This document shows positions 1-9,396 of a stretch of DNA of 64,000 bases, piece by piece. Positions within the stretch are counted from its first letter, which is position 1; every line of letters starts with the position of its first letter. A program made the position numbers and the translations under genes. The notes under the pieces are model-generated. The model saw nothing but the letters and a program-made list of their open reading frames with translations, was not told the origin of the DNA and did not search any database. Source of the DNA: a virus; IMG/VR virus record IMGVR_UViG_3300037471_000902, positions 32,001 to 96,000 of that record. One strand, written 5' to 3'.

Positions 1-1
1 G

Positions 2-559
2 TCAAACATCAACCACTTCAAGTCGTATCTTCAGCAACTTGAGCAATCTACAGGATTTAGGCCAGACTTTATCTGCATCGACTACATTGACATTACTGGT
101 TCCACATCAAATGTTCAGGTCGACAACCTGTTCTTGAAGGATAAATACGTCACTGAAGAAATCCGTAGCTTGGGCTTTGACTATGACGCAATCATGATCA
201 GTGCCGCACAGCTTGGACGCGGAGCTATCGAAGCCGAGCAACTCACTCAAGCGCACATTCAGGGTGGTATTTCAAAGATCAACACATCAGATTGGACAAT
301 TGGTATTCAGCAATCTGATCTGATGAAGTCGGCTGGTGAAATCTACTACTCAATTCTGAAAGCTCGTAACTCCAATGGTGTAGGGAAGAAGATCTTGCTT
401 GCGTGGGATCCAATCTCCTTGACTGTATCTTCATTAGGGCGACAGCCCGAAAAGCTGGAATTGAAGAAATCAGCTCCAGTAATGCCAACCGGAAAGACTG
501 TTTTTTCTGGTCAAAAGCCACAGTCTCCAAATATCCTTAACCTCTTCGAAGACAAATAA
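2..559 (+). CDS. Replicative DNA helicase, DnaB/T4 gp41-like (C-terminal part, truncated by window edge)
   Basis: Frame is open from base 2: ...FRPDFICIDYIDI (Walker B-like)...IRSLGFDYDAIMISAAQLGR...SKINTSD...LKARNS, matching SF4 helicase motifs. Confidence 0.85.
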   Translation, partial: SNINHFKSYLQQLEQSTGFRPDFICIDYIDITGSTSNVQVDNLFLKDKYVTEEIRSLGFDYDAIMISAAQLGRGAIEAEQLTQAHIQGGISKINTSDWTIGIQQSDLMKSAGEIYYSILKARNSNGVGKKILLAWDPISLTVSSLGRQPEKLELKKSAPVMPTGKTVFSGQKPQSPNILNLFEDK

Positions 560-867
560 TGTCAGAACAACAAAACCAAACTACTGAAACGCAAATCCAG
601 ACGATTACGATCGACGACAAGACGTACCCGCTGTCACAATTTTCTCCACGCATTGTTTCAATGGTTGCGCTGCGAGAAGTGTGGAGCAATCAAGCCAACG
701 TCGAGCGCGCTGCCCTAACTAAGACGGAAGCAGCCCTTCGCCAGCTAGACACTGAACTTCTCCAGATGTGCAATACAGAGCTGGAGGAGCAGGCAAAAGC
801 TGAAGCAGAGCAAGTCGTTGAGCCTGCTCCAGAGGTCAAGGTTAAGAAGAAGAAGGCTGCAAAGTAA
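559..867 (+). CDS. Small hypothetical protein (TITIDDKTYPL start, coiled coil, Lys-rich tail)
   Basis: 102 aa ORF coupled to the helicase by a TAATG overlap. Confidence 0.7.
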   Translation: MSEQQNQTTETQIQTITIDDKTYPLSQFSPRIVSMVALREVWSNQANVERAALTKTEAALRQLDTELLQMCNTELEEQAKAEAEQVVEPAPEVKVKKKKAAK

Positions 868-877
868 GGCTTCTCAT

Positions 878-1000
878 TGCTTCTGAGGATAATCTGGAGG
901 TGCCCAGAGGTCCTCAGAAGCACCTATCACAGCTACATGATAGGTACTATATCTCAGCGCACCATCATCTCTGAGCCATAAATAACCTATGGCTCAGAGA
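878..1000 (+). promoter_or_regulatory. Structured intergenic region with a TAAATA late promoter in a hairpin covering the next ATG
   Basis: Stems: 12 bp (878-889/911-922), 8 bp (922-929/938-945) and a perfect 13 bp (968-980/988-1000). TAAATA at 979-984, ATG at 989. Confidence 0.6.
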
Positions 1001-1447
1001 CATAAATTCAAAATCGTATCCTACATAGTCACCGCACTGACACTGATCATTGCGGCTATTATGTTTTCCGGGTTTGGACTACTAGCTTACTGGAATTTGC
1101 AATCCTCTGATAATGCTTATGTAGTTTTGAATCCCAATAAGCATTACGCTTACCTGTCTTATTACAACTCTATTCGCGTATATCGTGAATTTGAGATAAG
1201 GCGGCCGCTTGAAATCACCATTACTCGAGAGCTTAGACAAATGCGTGATGATGGTGTAGTCGTTCGAATTGAATTGGAATCAACACACGCATTTTATGAT
1301 GCTCCAGGCATTCACAAAGTTGAGCGTGGTGTCAACATTCCGTCCAACATTCAAGGTAAATGGCTTGTGATTGATAAGCTTTGCTGGCATGTTAATCCTA
1401 TTAGGAATGCCTGCGTTGATCTCCCAACTATATCTCTAGACGCATGA
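989..1447 (+). CDS. Membrane-anchored hypothetical protein (N-terminal TM helix, beta-rich domain with a Cys pair)
   Basis: Hydrophobic stretch IVSYIVTALTLIIAAIMFSGFGLLAYW; 152 aa. Confidence 0.7.
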   Translation: MAQRHKFKIVSYIVTALTLIIAAIMFSGFGLLAYWNLQSSDNAYVVLNPNKHYAYLSYYNSIRVYREFEIRRPLEITITRELRQMRDDGVVVRIELESTHAFYDAPGIHKVERGVNIPSNIQGKWLVIDKLCWHVNPIRNACVDLPTISLDA

Positions 1448-4400
1448 AACTCCACTCTGCGATTACCCTCAATGAGGGAATTACCCATATCGAGGACCTA
1501 CCCATCGATGATTTTATCAGGACTGTTAGGGACCTGAAAAGCAAGGTCGTTACCGAAAAGATGGATGGAGCGAATCTCTGGTTTGGCGTGGATGAAAATG
1601 GGCTCTTCACTTCACGTGAAGGTAAATCCAAGCGAGCAAAACGCTTCTACAACATCTCTGACTACCCGCTAGTTGCAAACTACAACGGATTCCGGGCAGC
1701 CCATCTTGCACTCAAGAAAGCTGAACATGGGATTGAGAAGATTTTGTCAGATGGTGACATGATCGAAATTGAAGTCATTTTTGGCAGGCAGCCAAACACC
1801 GTGACTTATGGAGCAGAGGACAAGAATTACATCGTCATTTTGAGAGCTGTTGAAGGAACAGATCAAGATAAGGCAGAGCGTCTTTCTAAAGCGCTACATG
1901 GGAAGTCTGTCACTGTCAAACCACAGATAGTGACATCTCCTGATGGAAATAAACTAGAAGTCACCGAACCTACTCAAGTTTGGCAGTTCACTGAAGTCAA
2001 ACCAATTGACACAAAATCGGTTGACACATCTCCAGCCCTTGAAAAATTGAAGGAGATGGAAAATTGGCTGGGAGCTCCAGCTGAGAATGTGCCTAACATG
2101 ACTAACAGGGAAGTCATTGAAGCCAAGCTGGGTAAGATTGACAAATCTCAACGCGATCTAGTCAAGTCAGAGCGTGAGACCCTTAAGCAAAGACTGCTTG
2201 ACAATTTCAAGCTGCCCATTAAAGAGTTTCTGTTAGGCACTCTTGTAAGAAAGATCAAGCCATCACTTCAGGGTGAAGTTCAACCTGATGAAGACGTGGG
2301 GGTTGAAGGCGTTGTTGTGCGTGATACTAACAACGGCGAGATGGTGAAAATTGTTGACAAGGACGTTTTCACAGCCATCAACAAATTCAACAATTCTGTC
2401 CGTGGACAGATCGCTGGATTGGTAAAGACAGATGATCAAGATGCACCAGTTGAAGCGCGAGGTGGTGTTTTCGGTGATGCAAAGATTCGCATAGGCATGC
2501 TTTTTGGGATGAAGGAGCTAGCCCTTTCGTCTAGTGCTCGTAAAATCCTCTCCAAATTCAAGGGTGTTGACGCGGCTGAGACAGCCAAAAACATGGCTGA
2601 CAACATTCAGGTGACTGATTTTGAAGCAATTCGTCACAAGGTTGCTGCAATTTTGAAGTCATCACTGGCAGAAATCGACAATATTCTGGTTCAATTCAAG
2701 GAAAATTCTGGTTCCTATAAATTGAAATTGAAGACAGGGAAAGAAATCGGATTCTCTCCTGATGTCATGAAGAGGAATCTGACGGCATTCGCTGAGACGA
2801 AGGTCGACATCAACAAAATTATCACCGCGGTGTTGAAAGCACGTACCATGCCTGAACTAATCATAGCGCTGTACGGTCGTACTATTCAATCTCTTTTTGA
2901 TACTAATGAGGCAGACAGCGTGAAGGAATCAATCTTCAAACAAATCAACCAAACGCTTAATGCGTTCGATCAACAAAAGCAAATGATGGAAGACGATGTA
3001 GGTGGGGCTCAACCACCTGCAACTGGCGCTGCAGCTATCTCTGGTCCTGACGGTGGACAAGCTCCTGAAAAGAGACTATTTGGTAATCGAGTCGTCGTAA
3101 AGCGTCAGCGCAATTTCAAGCGTAAGCCTCGCTTTGCGCAAGTTACTGAAAGCCTTCTAAAGCTTGTTGAATTTGACGCCGCGGTAGCAAGCGGTCAGTT
3201 TGCAACTGACGTCAATGACACAGTTAACGGCCGAAACGACGTTGAATTCAAAGCACTACGTAATCAAGTGAATGCGCCAGGTGCAAATGGAGCAGCAGTG
3301 TCGCAGACAGACATCTCAAATTATCTTGATAAAGCGCATGAGCTCAACGACGAGGTAGATACTGTCACTTTCGGCATGGAGATGGATGACGGAAGCGTCG
3401 CGAAGGTTTATGTGAATGCGACTCAAGCTGACCAGTTTGAGCAAACGCTGGCTGATATGCTGGGTAAAGAAGATAATTTAGAAAAGGTTATCGATGATCT
3501 AGCTCAGAACTTTGACATTGTTGACGTCGAGTGGCCACAAACAATGGCTCAACCCATGGACAGCACCGATCTGGGAACAGATTCTCAAGGAGATCCTGTA
3601 CTAGATCCCGTAATTGATTTAGGTAATCTAGATGATGAACCACCTGAGGATGATGCTGATGGTGGCCTGCTAAAGGCAATCAACGGCATGAAGAATCCTG
3701 AAGACATCGATTTGGCACCAGGTGCTGAACTTCCACCAGAAGAAACAGGTGAGGGTGTTCCACCAAGCGACGATGAAGACAGCAGTGAAGATCTCGATCT
3801 GATTAAGTCTGTCGCGAATGGTGAAGAGGGAGACGGTGGTACTGATGATACCCAAAACAATGACGTTGGCATTGACACGACCGTATTTGACGATGGAACA
3901 AATGATCAAGGTGATCAGGGTGATGATGATCAAGGTGATGATGATCAAGGTGATGAAGGCGGTTCTGGCGATGATAATTCACCAGCCCCTGAGGATGATG
4001 GATCGGGTGGCGAAGTTCCAGACGTTGATTTGGGTGACGCGGATGATGAGGATTCTGACGATGATTCCAATCAGACATCTGACGAAGATGCTAACGACAC
4101 GGATTCTGACAGCGAAGAAACACCAAAGAAAAAGAAAGCGTCCAAGGATGATGAGGACGAGGACGAATCAACTACTACACAGGAGTCGGCAATGACATTT
4201 GGCCAACAGTTCAAGGATAAGCTTCTTCTAGAAAAGAAAGAAACAAAGAAGTCAAAGAAAAAAATTGAGGTAGATTCTGTCGAGGGAACTTCCGAGTTTC
4301 CGGCTAGTCTCCAAAAGCTGATGCAATTCTTCCCTCAACGTGGTGAGAAAATGATGGTCGCCCTTATGTGGACCCTTGGTGCGCCAATCGAAGCACTCGT

Positions 4401-5358
4401 GATGAAGAAATCAGATCTTCGTGATTCTGTTCAGTCTTCTGGCGATATGTATCAGAAAGACAGCCAATTCCGTCTGTGGGTTAGCCGCGTAATTAACGGC
4501 TTCATTGCAGCTGAGAAGACGCAATCGACCGAAAAGGAAGTCAAAGAGAACAAGCTCGAGGATGAACTAAACAGCGTTTATCAGAAAGTAGTTTTGGAAA
4601 TCCTCGATAGGATTGGTTTGCCATCTTCTATTGAACGCATTGCAAGATTGCAGCTTCGCAACAATGTTCGCGAAAAGGCAGCGCTTATCCAACGCGACAG
4701 CCATCTTCGTGCATATGTAAAAATCCTAGCTGAACTTCTAGGTGTTGATGCAATCACTGGAATGAGAATGGCAGAAGCTATGTCTCCAGGTCTTCCAACA
4801 GATGCAGCGAATGATGATGACACAGCACCTAATCAGCAAGCGCAGCAGGCTCAGCGCACTGACGTTGGCGACACTAGCACGCAAGCATGGGTAGACACTG
4901 TCAAGGAACTTGCCATCGCTCTTGGCATTCCGTCTGATATTGTGAATTACAAGCAGACACAGACTGATATGATGATTAAGAAGCAGCGTCAATCTATCAA
5001 GAACAATGGTGTTGTTCTGCGTCGTGCACAGCAACTGCTCGCTCTTGTAAAGGGCAATGGTGCCGCAGTTAATGAGGCTGTTGAATTTGATCGAGCTGCC
5101 TCTGAAAAAGCTGCAGCACCTGTTGTTTCAGCACTCAAGAAGCAATTTGATGTAGATTATTCAATTAACAAGGATGGCTCTGTCACTGTCGTCGTGAATG
5201 GTGGATCTGTTGCACCACATGATGCAGGCAACAAAAATGTTGCATCTGCCAAAAATGTGTCGGCTGTAATTGACAGATTTTTCAAAGCCTACCGTGAGAA
5301 AGGCGTGACATTCACGCAACCAGTTAGCAACAAATTCACCATCGGAGTCAAGGCGTAA
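1444..5358 (+). CDS. Multidomain putative head protein: N-terminal RNA-ligase-like nucleotidyltransferase domain, long acidic linker, three C-terminal helical repeats
   Basis: Ligase-type motifs TEKMDG (I), EGVVV (IV), VKIVD (V); leader MKLHSAITLNE; D/E-rich linker about 3540-4190; three LG[A/L/I]P-type repeats. Confidence 0.65.
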   Translation: MKLHSAITLNEGITHIEDLPIDDFIRTVRDLKSKVVTEKMDGANLWFGVDENGLFTSREGKSKRAKRFYNISDYPLVANYNGFRAAHLALKKAEHGIEKILSDGDMIEIEVIFGRQPNTVTYGAEDKNYIVILRAVEGTDQDKAERLSKALHGKSVTVKPQIVTSPDGNKLEVTEPTQVWQFTEVKPIDTKSVDTSPALEKLKEMENWLGAPAENVPNMTNREVIEAKLGKIDKSQRDLVKSERETLKQRLLDNFKLPIKEFLLGTLVRKIKPSLQGEVQPDEDVGVEGVVVRDTNNGEMVKIVDKDVFTAINKFNNSVRGQIAGLVKTDDQDAPVEARGGVFGDAKIRIGMLFGMKELALSSSARKILSKFKGVDAAETAKNMADNIQVTDFEAIRHKVAAILKSSLAEIDNILVQFKENSGSYKLKLKTGKEIGFSPDVMKRNLTAFAETKVDINKIITAVLKARTMPELIIALYGRTIQSLFDTNEADSVKESIFKQINQTLNAFDQQKQMMEDDVGGAQPPATGAAAISGPDGGQAPEKRLFGNRVVVKRQRNFKRKPRFAQVTESLLKLVEFDAAVASGQFATDVNDTVNGRNDVEFKALRNQVNAPGANGAAVSQTDISNYLDKAHELNDEVDTVTFGMEMDDGSVAKVYVNATQADQFEQTLADMLGKEDNLEKVIDDLAQNFDIVDVEWPQTMAQPMDSTDLGTDSQGDPVLDPVIDLGNLDDEPPEDDADGGLLKAINGMKNPEDIDLAPGAELPPEETGEGVPPSDDEDSSEDLDLIKSVANGEEGDGGTDDTQNNDVGIDTTVFDDGTNDQGDQGDDDQGDDDQGDEGGSGDDNSPAPEDDGSGGEVPDVDLGDADDEDSDDDSNQTSDEDANDTDSDSEETPKKKKASKDDEDEDESTTTQESAMTFGQQFKDKLLLEKKETKKSKKKIEVDSVEGTSEFPASLQKLMQFFPQRGEKMMVALMWTLGAPIEALVMKKSDLRDSVQSSGDMYQKDSQFRLWVSRVINGFIAAEKTQSTEKEVKENKLEDELNSVYQKVVLEILDRIGLPSSIERIARLQLRNNVREKAALIQRDSHLRAYVKILAELLGVDAITGMRMAEAMSPGLPTDAANDDDTAPNQQAQQAQRTDVGDTSTQAWVDTVKELAIALGIPSDIVNYKQTQTDMMIKKQRQSIKNNGVVLRRAQQLLALVKGNGAAVNEAVEFDRAASEKAAAPVVSALKKQFDVDYSINKDGSVTVVVNGGSVAPHDAGNKNVASAKNVSAVIDRFFKAYREKGVTFTQPVSNKFTIGVKA
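3904..3957 (+). repeat. Short coding tandem repeat (DQG/DDDQG units) in the acidic linker
   Basis: gatcaaggtgatcagggtgatgatgatcaaggtgatgatgatcaaggtgatgaa. Confidence 0.8.
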
Positions 5359-6269
5359 TGAACCTGATTCAAGAACTTCTGTCTATTCGTGAGGATTATG
5401 ACAAGCTCTTTGAGCTTGTCCAACTCCCAGCAAATGCTTCGCTTGAGGACCTTACTCGCCGTATGGACGCGTGCAAGCGCGCTTTAAGCCTGTGCGCAAA
5501 ACTTCCTAAGGAAGATAGGAAGAAGTGGCTGTCGCAGACTTTCAAGAACATGAACATTGTTCGCGCAGCGTTGAGGCGTGTTCAGAAAACTACTACTCCA
5601 AGCTCGTCTGGCACAGGTGGTCTTTCCGCAGCTACTGTGCAGCGAACCAACGATCTGTATATCCGTCTACAAAATCTTGAACGACAGATGCGCAGCATGG
5701 CTAGGGAGAGTGGCGTTAGCTTGCGTGAGGACACTGCTGTGAAGCATGAGATTTCGACACGAATTCGCCGCTTCATGCACGAGAACGACATCCACTATCC
5801 AGGCGTTGATTCTCTTGAGGATCTACAGAAGGCTCACGCTCAACAAATCCTTGATAAGGGTGGCTGGAAAGGCGCTGACAGCGAAGAACGTGGCCTTGCG
5901 CACGCAATTGGTATTGCAAATCTTAGCAATGACGAACTAGAAGACATAATCCGCCGCCCACATACCGAAAATGGTCAGTCTGTTTGGGAGTTTCAAGAGA
6001 ATGACATGGCGTTCAGTGGTGGTGACACATTGCATGGACCCACTGTCGGTAATAGAGCGTATGTGATTGCTCGTGAAACTGATGAACACGGAAAACCAGC
6101 TGACGCATATCAAGGTCTTGTGATGGACGTAGATGATGGTCATCAACCAAATGATGACGATGTGATTTGGACAAATGGACCTGATTCGCGTAATGATCTT
6201 GAGGATTGGTGCGATGTCCATGGGCTTCCACACCCCTCTGAAGAAGATTGGGCTAATTTAGGTTTGTGA
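5358..6269 (+). CDS. Hypothetical protein with a capsid-targeting-like leader
   Basis: 303 aa, starts MNLIQELLSIRE; TAATG coupling to the upstream gene. Confidence 0.7.
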   Translation: MNLIQELLSIREDYDKLFELVQLPANASLEDLTRRMDACKRALSLCAKLPKEDRKKWLSQTFKNMNIVRAALRRVQKTTTPSSSGTGGLSAATVQRTNDLYIRLQNLERQMRSMARESGVSLREDTAVKHEISTRIRRFMHENDIHYPGVDSLEDLQKAHAQQILDKGGWKGADSEERGLAHAIGIANLSNDELEDIIRRPHTENGQSVWEFQENDMAFSGGDTLHGPTVGNRAYVIARETDEHGKPADAYQGLVMDVDDGHQPNDDDVIWTNGPDSRNDLEDWCDVHGLPHPSEEDWANLGL

Positions 6270-6679
6270 CAAAGCACCGCATTCCACCAAAACCTACATG
6301 GTTTGACACAGTTCCAGAAGGAACGTGTCGTTGGTGCAATGCGGTTGTCGGTTTGACTAAGACTGGCAGAGTTAGCAAAAGTCGCTGGCATCCAAGCTGT
6401 TTTGAAGAGTACGAATTACTTTTCTGGCCAAGTGCTACACGTAAAGCAGTTTGGAAGCGAGACAAAGGTGTTTGCTTTGAATGCAAGAAGCAGTGCGATA
6501 AGAAGGGTAAGAATGGGTGGGATCTTGACCATAAGGTCCCACTTATTGAGGGCGATGGCAGCCTTTCATTCTGGCAGATGGGAAATTTGCAAACCCTCTG
6601 TCGAGAGTGTCACAAGGCAAAGACAGCAAGAGAAGCAACTGAGCGTGCAGCTCGAAGGAAGCTAAATGAAGCTAAATGA
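6266..6679 (+). CDS. HNH endonuclease
   Basis: CFEC...WDLDHKVPL...NLQTLCRECHKAKT, a zinc-binding HNH signature. Confidence 0.9.
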   Translation: MTKHRIPPKPTWFDTVPEGTCRWCNAVVGLTKTGRVSKSRWHPSCFEEYELLFWPSATRKAVWKRDKGVCFECKKQCDKKGKNGWDLDHKVPLIEGDGSLSFWQMGNLQTLCRECHKAKTAREATERAARRKLNEAK

Positions 6680-7253
6680 AATCATGGACGCATCGAGCGC
6701 TATCGATATTCATCAGGAATTTGCAGTAGTAAAAGCATTCAGGGCAACCATTTTAGGCACTAGTCGCGATTACGCGACATATCCATTGCCAAAGGGAACT
6801 GTAGTTAAGGTGACAAGCATTCATAACGGTTACGTGCGTTTTTCTACAGGTGACGAGTACACGTTAACCATGACAGAAAATGCTTTTAGGAAGCATATGA
6901 TGAAGCGGGCCGAGTATAGTAGGCAGTGGATGAAGGATTTGAATGAGCAACACACATACAAGCCTCAGCAACAGCTCGCTGTCATTGGCGAGTTCAGCGC
7001 CACTCCAATTAAGAACATTTTCAAGAAGTGGCATCCGTCAAATCGACAGAATCCCGGAATCCGAGTTTTCTCAAAGGACACGCATGATTTCCAATGGAAC
7101 ATCATGTTCGTTAAACAGGAAGGAGATAAGGTATACTTTGATTCTGGTACATGGCGATGGATGGCTGACGCAGCACAATTTTACTCATGCACGAAAGACA
7201 TGAAGATGTGGCGTGGTACTAATTTTCTAAATGATTTGAGTGATGAAGAGTGA
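6666..7253 (+). CDS. Tandem two-domain member of a dispersed small beta-rich paralog family (putative internal head protein)
   Basis: Leader MKLNEIMD; two units of about 95 aa ending WMKDLNE and FLNDLSDEE. Confidence 0.7.
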   Translation: MKLNEIMDASSAIDIHQEFAVVKAFRATILGTSRDYATYPLPKGTVVKVTSIHNGYVRFSTGDEYTLTMTENAFRKHMMKRAEYSRQWMKDLNEQHTYKPQQQLAVIGEFSATPIKNIFKKWHPSNRQNPGIRVFSKDTHDFQWNIMFVKQEGDKVYFDSGTWRWMADAAQFYSCTKDMKMWRGTNFLNDLSDEE

Positions 7254-7268
7254 GTGCCTAAAATTCTG

Positions 7269-7304
7269 AAAAGGGTGTGCATTAAATAACAAGTACACCT
7301 TTTT
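7269..7304 (+). promoter_or_regulatory. TAAATA late-promoter motif in the loop of a 12-bp hairpin
   Basis: aaaagggtgtgc-attaaataacaa-gtacaccttttt with two G-U pairs; TAAATA at 7283-7288. Confidence 0.55.
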
Positions 7305-7309
7305 TGTTT

Positions 7310-7978
7310 ATGAAATTCAAATTTGACTATCCTGAGCTAATGACTGAAACAGTCAATGGCATGCGTATCTACATTACACCTCAAGGTGGTGCATATCCCA
7401 GCATCACAACTGTCCTGGGAAAGACAATGCCTGAAGAGAAGGTGAAAGCACTTGCTAATTGGGCAAATGCGATCGGTCAACTGAATGCGAAGAAGAAAAC
7501 CCAGGACGCAGCCGATCGAGGCACTGCAGTGCACACGCTCATTGAGCGATTCTTGAATGGTGAGGAAGAGTTCTCATCAAGTGAATTCTCTGCTGAAGCC
7601 CTCAACATGTTCAATGCGTTGAAGGTCAAGCTAAAAAAGATCGATGAGATTTGGTGCCAGGAAGTAGGCTTGTACTCTGACCTGCTCGCTCTCGCCGGAC
7701 GTGTAGATTGTATTGGTGTCTACAAGGGAGAGGAAGCAATCATTGACTTCAAGACATCTTCTAGGCTAAAGAGTCAGGAAGACATTGAAGATTATCGGTT
7801 TCAACTGTGTGCCTACGCGCTCATGCACAACGAGATGTTTGGCACCAATATCAATAAGGGCGTTATCTTAATGACGTCAGCGGCTGGTTTCCCGCAAGAG
7901 TTCCATGTAGATTTGATGCCTTACGTAGATAGACTATTTGATCGCGTACAAGACTTCTACAAGAAAATGGCACTATGA
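7310..7978 (+). CDS. PD-(D/E)XK exonuclease (Cas4/MGME1-like phage exonuclease)
   Basis: YPSITTVL, RGTAVH, E..LYS...AGRVDCIG, IIDFKTS, QLCAYA motifs. Confidence 0.9.
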   Translation: MKFKFDYPELMTETVNGMRIYITPQGGAYPSITTVLGKTMPEEKVKALANWANAIGQLNAKKKTQDAADRGTAVHTLIERFLNGEEEFSSSEFSAEALNMFNALKVKLKKIDEIWCQEVGLYSDLLALAGRVDCIGVYKGEEAIIDFKTSSRLKSQEDIEDYRFQLCAYALMHNEMFGTNINKGVILMTSAAGFPQEFHVDLMPYVDRLFDRVQDFYKKMAL

Positions 7979-8467
7979 ATGAAACAAGTCGCCCAGCTAC
8001 ATGGGGATTTCACGCTTGTTTATGCTGACATAAATGGAGTTGAATCCTACGGATTAATGGAAAATGACAAGCTTGTCGCCTTTTGCAAGGTTGAACCTAC
8101 AACAGTTTGTGGCGTAGATTACAAGAAGCTTATTGTCCTATTCACACTATCTAGTTCTCGTGGACTTGGATACTCTCTAATCTTGCTCTATGGCATGAAA
8201 GAGAGCAATATCACACCAATACTGGTTGATGATGCAATCTTTGACGGTGGTTGGGCAGTCATTAAAAAATTAGCACAAAACAAGGCTAATCTATCTGTCA
8301 AGAAGCTTGACAAAAACACTGGCAACGTTTCTGATTTTGATGATTCAAATCCACGTCGAAATCACGCGTTCATTTTAGAAAATGATGGGATTGGCTTCTA
8401 CACCGACTATACTAAATATGGAATGGGTAAAGCCTATTACTATCTTTTTGACGGTGAACTACTATAG
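7979..8467 (+). CDS. Possible GNAT-fold acetyltransferase-like protein
   Basis: LFTLSSSRGLGYS resembles GNAT motif A (R-G-x-G). Confidence 0.45.
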   Translation: MKQVAQLHGDFTLVYADINGVESYGLMENDKLVAFCKVEPTTVCGVDYKKLIVLFTLSSSRGLGYSLILLYGMKESNITPILVDDAIFDGGWAVIKKLAQNKANLSVKKLDKNTGNVSDFDDSNPRRNHAFILENDGIGFYTDYTKYGMGKAYYYLFDGELL

Positions 8468-8491
8468 ATTTGAAGAGTATAAAATACTAAC

Positions 8492-8842
8492 ATGAAAGTC
8501 AACCAGCTACTTCACGACTCTCCTCTAAAAGGTGAGAAGCGTATTGCACTCAACATGCTTGACATTACGAGCGATTTCGTTTTTGCCCGAGTCGAGGGAA
8601 TTAACATAAGAGGCAACTGGATTGGCGCTAGAATTCCAGAAGGCACCCTCATTGAAGTGACTGGCGAAAGAGAAGACGAGATGGGCGAACCAGTTGTGGT
8701 CTTCTCAATTGTTCATGGTGCCGCTGACGAGGAGTATTGCGTCCATGTCAATGATTTTGATGATCGCTTTGTGAAAATTGAAGAACTAGAAGAAAAGAAG
8801 CGCGAACGCAAGTTGAAGTGGTTCAATGATTTGCAGGACTAA
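8492..8842 (+). CDS. Member of the small beta-rich paralog family
   Basis: Leader MKVNQLLHD; IPEGTLIEV core; ends WFNDLQD. Confidence 0.7.
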   Translation: MKVNQLLHDSPLKGEKRIALNMLDITSDFVFARVEGINIRGNWIGARIPEGTLIEVTGEREDEMGEPVVVFSIVHGAADEEYCVHVNDFDDRFVKIEELEEKKRERKLKWFNDLQD

Positions 8843-9381
8843 AACCAATTCGGAATAGTCCGATCCCTCACCTTCCCATCCCACTTGGCGAATCTCAGCT
8901 TATCGAGACGATAAAAGTTTCGATAGCTCTCCACCACATCATCTGACTGATACTGCTCCGGCATTGCCTGGGGTGGGTCAATCCACTCTGCCTCGGGAAT
9001 GTTCTTGGGCGGATTCTCCAACACGTGTCCTAGTCGAATGAACACGTTATGGTCTCTCCCGTACCGCCAGTGATATTCAAACGCTAGAGCAGTGAAGAGC
9101 TCAAAAAGCCACATATAGTGCGCAGAACTTTGGCGCGCCCACTTGACGCATGGATGATTGATGTGAGTGGACTTGAACAGCTTCATTTCCATTCGAGGAT
9201 CGTCCATCCTGTAGCGAATCAGCTTTCGTCCTGACGAATCATCCACGTAAGGTTTACCGTCAAGAACACGGTGCGCAGTAGAGAGAATTTGTGCGTACTC
9301 AATAACCATCTTGAGTACGTGTTTGGAGCAGTGCATTTCTGCACACCTTACCACATCACGATCTAATATGAAAACGTTCAT
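8839..9381 (-). CDS. Pyrimidine-dimer DNA glycosylase family (DenV/endonuclease V-like)
   Basis: MNVFILD start, HVLKMVIEYAQILSTAH, THINHPC..W, PPQAMP, YRNFY. Confidence 0.85.
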   Translation of the reverse strand: MNVFILDRDVVRCAEMHCSKHVLKMVIEYAQILSTAHRVLDGKPYVDDSSGRKLIRYRMDDPRMEMKLFKSTHINHPCVKWARQSSAHYMWLFELFTALAFEYHWRYGRDHNVFIRLGHVLENPPKNIPEAEWIDPPQAMPEQYQSDDVVESYRNFYRLDKLRFAKWDGKVRDRTIPNWF

Positions 9382-9387
9382 ACGCAT

Positions 9388-9396
9388 ATTTTATCA
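9388..9396 (-). promoter_or_regulatory. Extended -10 (TGnTAAAAT) sigma70-type promoter
   Basis: TGATAAAAT on the minus strand, 6 nt before the ATG at 9381; the same 9-mer occurs at 37510-37518. Confidence 0.45.

Noticed and set aside
868-975. tRNA gene
   Set aside because: Several hairpins are present, but there is no GTTC T-loop, D-loop consensus or acceptor-stem geometry.
5358-6269. Further tag-like matches (GIANLSNDE here, KINSLHG in 42426-42980, LGNLDDE in 1444-5358)
   Set aside because: Too degenerate to separate from chance without a statistical model; not counted.
6266-6679. HNH gene as a mobile intron or homing element
   Set aside because: It does not interrupt a gene, overlaps both neighbours in operon fashion, and no intron structure is visible.
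7310-7978. Cas4 as part of a CRISPR-Cas system
   Set aside because: No repeat-spacer array or other cas genes are seen, and the Cas4 four-Cys pattern is absent; it is a stand-alone phage exonuclease.
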